Assembly (NCBI GenBank): GCA_946185225.1
Contig: CAMHIM010000001.1
Location: 805-64,804, forward strand
DNA from: an uncultured Prevotellaceae bacterium
GTDB lineage: Bacteria; Bacteroidota; Bacteroidia; Bacteroidales; Bacteroidaceae
DNA: 64,000 bases
Reading direction: 5' to 3'
In this document: one piece after another, positions 57,613 through 64,000 of the stretch
Position numbering within the stretch: the stretch's first letter is position 1
How the letters are laid out: the number at the start of each line of letters is the position of its first letter
The notes under the pieces: generated by a model
Databases searched by the model: none
What the model was told of the DNA's origin: nothing
What the model saw: the letters and a program-made list of their open reading frames with translations, nothing else
Made by a program: the position numbers and the translations under genes

Positions 57613-59379
57613 TCAATAGTTACTCTCCAAAGGACGGAGACACCAGTGGTGCAGTACAAGGTTGGCACTGTTCCAACTGTCAGCAGAGATGCGGATGGTA
57701 ATCTGCACGGGCGAACCGTCGCCGTTAGCATCGGGGATGACCAGTTCAGGAATGACCTGGCCACCGTCACTGTCGTAGTTGCCGTTCTTGCTGAAGTTAT
57801 AGGGTGCTGTGCCTGCGGTGTACCATTCTGGATAGCGGGGATTGGCAATCATGGTGCCGCGGTCGTAGTGCCAGTTAGTGGTGCCGACACAATTAATCTT
57901 GTCGGACTTGCCTATCACCTCACCGTTGACCAGTACGGAAACGGTCGGCAGAACTGCCATGTTCTGCTCGAAGCCCATGGCCATGCGATAGGCACCGGGG
58001 AGGAACTTGTAGGTCTCTATCTCGCCTTCATCAGTCAGTTTGATGGGAGTGAAGTCGAGTGCGAAACTGGCATCGTTGCCGTCGTCGCCGGCATTGTATA
58101 CCAGACAGCGGTTAGGAATCATGGGAACGATGCCGGGGGCCGGGTCCCAATAGATGCCGTTGCCGGCAGCAGAACCATTCTTCACTTCCTTGAACTTCAT
58201 GTTGGAGGTCTTGAAGTACTGCTCCTTCTGCTCGTCAGTACAGTTCTCATAGATGTAGAAGTGTCCCTTCATGCGGTAAATGAGGAACTGGTTGGGCAGA
58301 CGGAACTTCTTGACGTTATAGACCACACCGTTGGACAGTTCCGTGGGGTTTTCGGTATCCACCTTCTGGATGTCCGTACGCCAGATGGTGGAGTAGATGC
58401 TGGAGATACTGTTCTCTTCGGTGGTCTGGATTTCCTCAGGCTTGTACTTCGTGCGGAAGAAGGCTGTCTTCAGAATCCAGTTGCGCAGCAGACTGTCCTC
58501 CACAGCGGGAGTCATGGGCGTGGTGACGGAATTGAGACGTCCCTCGAAGTTGATGCCCATGGCTGCCATGCGCTCCTTGGCATCGGCTACAGCCTCGTCG
58601 ATGACGTCATTGGAGAACAGCAGCATGGTGGCGGTCAGAGACTCTGAGTTCATGTCGAAGTTCTTGGAGTCAAAGAACTCGTTGGTATAGATGAAGACGG
58701 AGTCGTAGACGGTGTTGCCCTGCTCGTTGATGCCGATGGCCTTGGAGTTGGCACGGTCGAAAATCTTGCCGCCGGAAGCCAGCACCATGTCACGGAACTG
58801 CGAATACTCGTCAGGCAACTCATTGATGTAGTCGCGCAGGGAGGTGGGAGTCACAATCATGTCGGAGAGGACGTAGATGTAGCCCGTTGTGGTCTTGATG
58901 ACCTCCTGGACGGCACCGTTGTTGAACATGACATGGTCCACAATGTTGCCTTGAAGTCCTTCTTCGTCCATGCTGACGTTGGTATATTTGCCGTGCCACA
59001 TCATCAGACGGGTGCCGTCCTGCAGGTTGGCGGGTGACATGGAGATGTCGCTGACGTGGGCGCGGGTGTTGAAGGATACGTCTTCCTCGGGAGTTTGATA
59101 ATTGTCGTCCGTCACAACGAGCATCGTTGAGAGTTGGCCTTTCTGCTGCAGCTCGTCGTAGATGCCCTGCTCCTTGAACAGCTGGTTCATCCCGGAAAGG
59201 TCGGAACGGCTCTTGAGGTACTGCTCAGAGGTCATGTTGACAATCCTCAGCTCGTCATTGGCGATGACGGTGCCAGAGTCCTTGTAGTGTTCGTCGTCCT
59301 TCAGCTCGGAGCAACTGGTGACGAGTCCGACAGCCGTCACTATGGTAAGTAACTTGCTAACTGTATTCATAATTATCAT
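57613..59379 (-). CDS. Fasciclin-like domain PUL lipoprotein
   Basis: Lipobox LVTSC; TTGYIYVL; ELSNGVVY; lies between two SusC/SusD pairs. Confidence 0.7.
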   Translation of the reverse strand: MIIMNTVSKLLTIVTAVGLVTSCSELKDDEHYKDSGTVIANDELRIVNMTSEQYLKSRSDLSGMNQLFKEQGIYDELQQKGQLSTMLVVTDDNYQTPEEDVSFNTRAHVSDISMSPANLQDGTRLMMWHGKYTNVSMDEEGLQGNIVDHVMFNNGAVQEVIKTTTGYIYVLSDMIVTPTSLRDYINELPDEYSQFRDMVLASGGKIFDRANSKAIGINEQGNTVYDSVFIYTNEFFDSKNFDMNSESLTATMLLFSNDVIDEAVADAKERMAAMGINFEGRLNSVTTPMTPAVEDSLLRNWILKTAFFRTKYKPEEIQTTEENSISSIYSTIWRTDIQKVDTENPTELSNGVVYNVKKFRLPNQFLIYRMKGHFYIYENCTDEQKEQYFKTSNMKFKEVKNGSAAGNGIYWDPAPGIVPMIPNRCLVYNAGDDGNDASFALDFTPIKLTDEGEIETYKFLPGAYRMAMGFEQNMAVLPTVSVLVNGEVIGKSDKINCVGTTNWHYDRGTMIANPRYPEWYTAGTAPYNFSKNGNYDSDGGQVIPELVIPDANGDGSPVQITIRISADSWNSANLVLHHWCLRPLESNY

Positions 59380-61103
59380 TTGTCTTGTATGGGTGTGAAC
59401 TTAATGTTGTCGAACTGGAGGCTGAAGTTCTTGTTGGTGCTGGCTGCTGGGTCGAGCACGACAAAGCTGAACTTATGAGAGGCAGTCTCCTGGAATTCCA
59501 CTTCCTCAAAGATAGTGCTGGTATAGACTCCGGGAAGCATGCTCGTGACTTTCGTGTAAGGCGTCACGAAGACGGGGTCGCTGTCGTCGAACGACATCTT
59601 CAGCATGCCGCCGTTGCCGTCGGTCATCTGGCGCATGAAGCTGTTGGAGGTCAGGTAGGTGATGGTGAGCTCTACCTTGTACTTACCGCGTACAATGGTA
59701 GGCGTGTTCATGCTGACCTTACCCATGTACCCCAGATTGAAGACAATGCGGTCGTAGTTGACAGCGTCCTTCAGGTTTGACTTACAGGTGATATAGTCTA
59801 TATCGCTGTAGTTGTTGTTCTTGGTGCCCGATTCTCCTACCTCGTACTCAAAACAGGTTGCCGTGGCAACACGGGTACGCTGCTCGGAGGCTGTAGGCTC
59901 GGATGGCTGATAGACTTTGTCGTTACCCTTCTCAATCTCCTGCTGGATGATGTTCTTGATTTCAGTGTAGTCAGCCAGGTCCCATACCAGCGTCGTCTGT
60001 TCCGGTTCCCATACGGGCATCCAGCTGTCCAGTTCGTGGATGTAGCCGTTGCGTGCAGGGATGTTGGATGCCTCCGGGATGAAGCGTGCCTTCTCACCGG
60101 CGGCGTTGAGGATGTACTTGTCGGCCTCGATGGTGGTGAGACTGTCGTAGGTCACGGTGAATACCTGATCCTTGGCCGACGAGTTCCATATACGAGTGAG
60201 GTTAGAGCCGTTAAAGGCACCCAGCTCGTCGGTGGTGTACTGGTTCTGCAGAATGTGGTAGCCTACGTATTCACGCAGCAGCGAGTCGACGGTGAGGCCT
60301 CGCTGGTCGTCCTGCTGCAATTTGGACTTGAGCATATCGAAACTGCTGATGCCGGCTTTGCCGAAGGTCTCGTCAGAGACATTGAGCAGGGTGTAGTAGT
60401 AATGAGTGATGATACGCTGATGGTCCTGATTGTAGGTGGTGTCGACGATGATACTTAGTTTCTCGTCCCATCCTGTTGCCACCAAAGCCTGCTGCATAAT
60501 GTTGAAGTTACCGGCCTCCACCACACGGTCGTAGGCGGTCTCCACAAGCGGCGTCATGGCCGAGGAGAGTACGTAGATTTTTCCGTTGAAGGCGCTGAGC
60601 CCCATCTCGACAACCCGTCCCTCACCATTGAGGGTAGCTTCGCCGGCGTGCTCGGAGTCAATCTCAACAGACAGCTCATCGCCCGTCAGGTTAGTGACGC
60701 TGGTCAGCTGGACGAACTTTTCGGGCAGGATGGAGTCGGTGTTGACGGTGTGGTAGAGCACAAACTGGCGGGCGTAGGCTTTGCCCAGCTCTTCCATGCT
60801 GCTTACTCCGCGACGCTGGTAGAACTCCTGCATGGCGTCGTCGTTGGGGACGAAAGCCGTAAACTTCACACCGGCGGTTGACTGGTTAAGGGCGTCGAAC
60901 ATTCCCGCATAGCGGAGCAGCTTGACGTACTCTCCAAAGCCGTTCTGCTCGGTAAGGAAGGTGGAAATGGGCGACAGAAGCAACTCGTTGTTGTAGCTCT
61001 GGCCCTTGAAGGGGTCGCTGTTGATGTCGAAGACATCCTTGTCGCATGCCGTCAGCAGGGTGATGGCTGCTGCAAATGCTATTACCTTATTATATATTTT
61101 CAT
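59376..61103 (-). CDS. Fasciclin / DUF5108-like lipoprotein
   Basis: Lipobox LLTAC; FTAFVPNDDA, VLYHT, AFNGKIYVL, YHIL and ARNGYIHELD (FAS1 motifs). Confidence 0.8.
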   Translation of the reverse strand: MKIYNKVIAFAAAITLLTACDKDVFDINSDPFKGQSYNNELLLSPISTFLTEQNGFGEYVKLLRYAGMFDALNQSTAGVKFTAFVPNDDAMQEFYQRRGVSSMEELGKAYARQFVLYHTVNTDSILPEKFVQLTSVTNLTGDELSVEIDSEHAGEATLNGEGRVVEMGLSAFNGKIYVLSSAMTPLVETAYDRVVEAGNFNIMQQALVATGWDEKLSIIVDTTYNQDHQRIITHYYYTLLNVSDETFGKAGISSFDMLKSKLQQDDQRGLTVDSLLREYVGYHILQNQYTTDELGAFNGSNLTRIWNSSAKDQVFTVTYDSLTTIEADKYILNAAGEKARFIPEASNIPARNGYIHELDSWMPVWEPEQTTLVWDLADYTEIKNIIQQEIEKGNDKVYQPSEPTASEQRTRVATATCFEYEVGESGTKNNNYSDIDYITCKSNLKDAVNYDRIVFNLGYMGKVSMNTPTIVRGKYKVELTITYLTSNSFMRQMTDGNGGMLKMSFDDSDPVFVTPYTKVTSMLPGVYTSTIFEEVEFQETASHKFSFVVLDPAASTNKNFSLQFDNIKFTPIQDK

Positions 61104-61120
61104 AATAGTTCTCCTTTCTG

Positions 61121-62680
61121 TTACTTGGTGGTTGCGTAGTACGGGTTCTGTATCAACAGTTTGTTGTTGTTGATGTCGGCTTGCGGCAACGGCATGTACC
61201 AGGCGTCAGGATTCTGCAGTACGGAGAGAATCCACTTCTTGTTGGTAGTCTGGTTGGCCTCAAGAATCATGTTGATGAACTGAGTCTTGTACTTGCTGTC
61301 ACCGATGCGGCCGAACCAAAGCAGGTCGTACCAGCGTTTGCCCTCGGCCATGAACTCCATCTCCTTCTGGTCGAGAATCTCCTGTAAGAGCGTCAGCTCG
61401 TCCAGATCGGCAACGTTGACGTCATAGTCTTCCAGACCGGCACGGTTGCGAATCTTGTTGACCAGGTCAACAGCCTCTTGCCAGTAACTCTCACCTTTCA
61501 TGGTCAGTGCCTGTGCCTTCATGAGGATGACTTCGGCCACGCGGTACAGGATAAAGTTAGCGTCCTGATTGGCACGACGGCCGCTGGTAGAGTTGGCTGC
61601 AGCATCGCTAAGCAGGTACTTCCAGATGTAGAACTGATTAGCTGTCGGCCAGCTGGCGTCAGAACCTTCCGGGATGTAGGTGCAGAGGAGCATACGTCCG
61701 ATGCGTCCGTCCTGGATGCCTCCGTTGAGCGTGCTGACTTCAGTGGTCTCGGTACGCATCTTCTCTACGGCAGCAAGGGTAGGACGCAGCACTGCAGACG
61801 ACGTGGCGTTGGAGAACAGGGACGAACTGAAGTTATCGGGCTGCTGGTAGGTTGCCTGATCCCAGTTCAGCTCCATAATGCTCTCATTGGAGTTGCCTGG
61901 ATAGAAGATAGTATACCAGTCGGCTGTGTTCGACATGAATACCGGACGGAAGGTGTCGGTGGCGTTGAGGATGAGGTCGCAGTACTCGATGCACTGGTCG
62001 TAGTCCTCGCTCCACAGACAGACGTCGGCCATCAGAGCGTAGAGTGCCCACTTCGTGACACGGCCCTTCGTAGCCCAATCCTCTTCATAGATGCCCTTGG
62101 CAGCACCTGTAGCGAGGGCGCTCTTGACGTCTTTCTTGATTTGGGCAACAACCTTCTCCTCAGAGGACTTAGCCATGTCGAACGAGGCTTTATCGTTGAC
62201 GTAGGCTGACAGTACCAGAGGAACTTCCTTGTAGTTCTTGACCAGCAGCAGATAGCTGTAGGCTCGCATGAAGTAGGCCTCGGCCAGGTGGCTGTTGCGG
62301 ATGGCGGAATAGTAGGTGTCATCCTTGACGCCAGGAGCGTAGTGGATGATGGAGTTGGCCAGTCCGATGACTTTATAGACCGTAGACCAGTCGCAGAGCG
62401 AATTGCTGGGGGTCATGTTGAAGTCCTGCAGTTTGCTGTCGCTGCCATTGGTGGTATAGATGGCGTCGCCGCGCAGCTCTCCCCACTTGATGTAGTTGGG
62501 GACGCACTGACGCATATAGTAGTAGCCGGATGCGATGACGGCCTCGACGTCCTCCTTGGACTTCCAATATTCGTCTGTCACTTGCTCGTTGTTGGGCAGG
62601 ATGTCCAACCAGTCGTTGCAAGACGTAAGACCGCAGATGACGCATATAGCGCAGATAAGCTTGATATATTTCTGTTTCAT
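61121..62680 (-). CDS. susD: SusD/RagB family lipoprotein
   Basis: LTSCNDWLD; AEAYFMRA; YRVAEVILMKAQA; EFMAEGKRWYDL; LIQNPYY. Confidence 0.95.
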   Translation of the reverse strand: MKQKYIKLICAICVICGLTSCNDWLDILPNNEQVTDEYWKSKEDVEAVIASGYYYMRQCVPNYIKWGELRGDAIYTTNGSDSKLQDFNMTPSNSLCDWSTVYKVIGLANSIIHYAPGVKDDTYYSAIRNSHLAEAYFMRAYSYLLLVKNYKEVPLVLSAYVNDKASFDMAKSSEEKVVAQIKKDVKSALATGAAKGIYEEDWATKGRVTKWALYALMADVCLWSEDYDQCIEYCDLILNATDTFRPVFMSNTADWYTIFYPGNSNESIMELNWDQATYQQPDNFSSSLFSNATSSAVLRPTLAAVEKMRTETTEVSTLNGGIQDGRIGRMLLCTYIPEGSDASWPTANQFYIWKYLLSDAAANSTSGRRANQDANFILYRVAEVILMKAQALTMKGESYWQEAVDLVNKIRNRAGLEDYDVNVADLDELTLLQEILDQKEMEFMAEGKRWYDLLWFGRIGDSKYKTQFINMILEANQTTNKKWILSVLQNPDAWYMPLPQADINNNKLLIQNPYYATTK

Positions 62681-62693
62681 AATCGTAGGTTCT

Positions 62694-64000
62694 TTAGAAG
62701 TCGAGGTTTACGCCGAAGGCAAAGCGCTTTGATACAGGTGTCGTTGCAGTGTCCTTGACAAGACTGGTAGGAGAGGGCATGCGGACCTCCGGATCCTGTC
62801 CTTTGTAGTCAGTCCACGTGAAGAGGTCGTAGCCAGTGGCAAAGATGTTCAGACGGGTGATGCCGAGATTCTTGAGCCAGTTCTTCGGGCAGTTGAAACT
62901 CAGTGAGAGGGTCTTCAGACGGATGAAGGAAGCATCCTCGACGAAACGGTCGGAGCCGAGGTAGTTGTATCCCATGCCGTAGAGGGCGCGCGGAATGTCG
63001 GTCTGATCACCCTCACTGCGCCAGCGGTGCAGGACGGCGGTTGACTGATTGGCCTTGCCACGCATGTTCTCCAGGTTGATACGTGCCCCGTTGATGACTT
63101 TCTGACCATAGCGTCCATAGAAGAAGGTAGTCAGCGTGAAGTACTTCCAGCGCACCTGGAAACCGCCGCCGCCAAAGAACTTCGGGTTGGCGTTGCCGAG
63201 GTAGACTATATCGTTCTCGTTGATGACACCGTCGTGGTTGACGTCCTCGTACTTGGCGTCACCGGGGTACACCTGTTCGGTTCCGTTCTTCATGGTAATG
63301 ACCTTACCCTGCCAGTCATACATGACGTCACCGGCGGCATTGCGGGCATAGGTCTCCTCGGTGTTCTGGTAGACACCCAGGTAGCGGTAGCCGTAGAAGG
63401 TTCCGACAGGAGCATTCTCAACAATTCGCAGGGCATAGTTGCCGTTGCCGAAGCTGTAGTTCTCGTACTTCCAGGTACTGGGCAGCTCCTTGACCTTGTT
63501 GATGTTTCGGCTGACGTTGGCATTGACGGAAACGGTCCAGTCCTTGTTACGAAAAACTTCATAGTCAAAGCGCAGCTCAATGCCTTTGTTCGACATCTTG
63601 CCGGAGTTGATGTACTTCACCGACGAGTAGCCGGTGGTGACTGGCAGTGACGTGTCCTTGAGAAGCATGTCGCTGGTCTCCTTGTCGTAGTAGTCGAAGG
63701 TGACATTGAGCTTGTTGAAAAGGCGCAGGTCAATACCGAAGTCCATCTCACGCGTGGTCTCCCATTTCAGGTTGTCAAGTTGCATGCGGTCGGGTACGAT
63801 GGCAGACATGTTCATATACTGTCCAAGGCTTTTGTAGGCACCGAGGTAGATGCTGGCACCAGAAGGAGAAGTACCGCTCCATCCATAGCCCAGACGCAGC
63901 TTGGCGGTATTCAGCCATTGCTTGATGGCATCGCTCCAGAAGTGCTCCTGGTCGATGTTCCAGGCTGCGCCGAAGGCAGGGAAGGTACCCCAGCGCTTCG
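62694..64000 (-). CDS. susC: SusC/RagA family TonB-dependent receptor (3' part; continues beyond the window)
   Basis: NLKWETT, PGDAKYEDVNHDGVIN, SDRFVEDASFIRLK, YKGQDPE and C-terminal Phe; the frame stays open to the window edge (RWGTFPAFG). Confidence 0.95.
   Translation of the reverse strand, partial: KRWGTFPAFGAAWNIDQEHFWSDAIKQWLNTAKLRLGYGWSGTSPSGASIYLGAYKSLGQYMNMSAIVPDRMQLDNLKWETTREMDFGIDLRLFNKLNVTFDYYDKETSDMLLKDTSLPVTTGYSSVKYINSGKMSNKGIELRFDYEVFRNKDWTVSVNANVSRNINKVKELPSTWKYENYSFGNGNYALRIVENAPVGTFYGYRYLGVYQNTEETYARNAAGDVMYDWQGKVITMKNGTEQVYPGDAKYEDVNHDGVINENDIVYLGNANPKFFGGGGFQVRWKYFTLTTFFYGRYGQKVINGARINLENMRGKANQSTAVLHRWRSEGDQTDIPRALYGMGYNYLGSDRFVEDASFIRLKTLSLSFNCPKNWLKNLGITRLNIFATGYDLFTWTDYKGQDPEVRMPSPTSLVKDTATTPVSKRFAFGVNLDF

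Overview
Chromosomal window from a Bacteroidales bacterium, most likely Prevotellaceae. This rests on TAnnTTTG promoters, SusC/SusD loci and Prevotella-type C-terminal sorting tails. From left to right it holds: (1) a SusC/SusD/lipoprotein locus with a secreted metallophosphoesterase; (2) rlpA, NAD-type glutamate dehydrogenase, metY, a CE12-like esterase, a receiver/PEP-pyruvate-binding protein, aqpZ and fba; (3) a MacAB-TolC-like efflux operon; (4) nnr, hpt-adk-obgE-M23, an Oar-like TonB receptor and OmpA; (5) an MNT-HEPN toxin-antitoxin pair, an ABC exporter, nadK and DJ-1-ispD-lemA-DUF2207-recG-M23; (6) a large secreted protein and a tandem SusC/SusD-fasciclin-SusC/SusD PUL resembling pectin (RG-I) loci. 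No rRNA, tRNA, CRISPR array, transposase or integrase was recognised. The most unusual signal is non-coding. Two AT-rich mini-cassettes (MNT-HEPN, and two tiny hydrophobic ORFs) each carry their own promoter, sit just behind a host terminator, and are bracketed by 53-64 bp near-perfect direct repeats with no recombinase nearby. There are also three tandem arrays with a 22-bp period and a palindromic element making up almost the whole N-terminal coding region of rlpA. All product calls come from motif recognition by eye, with no database search.
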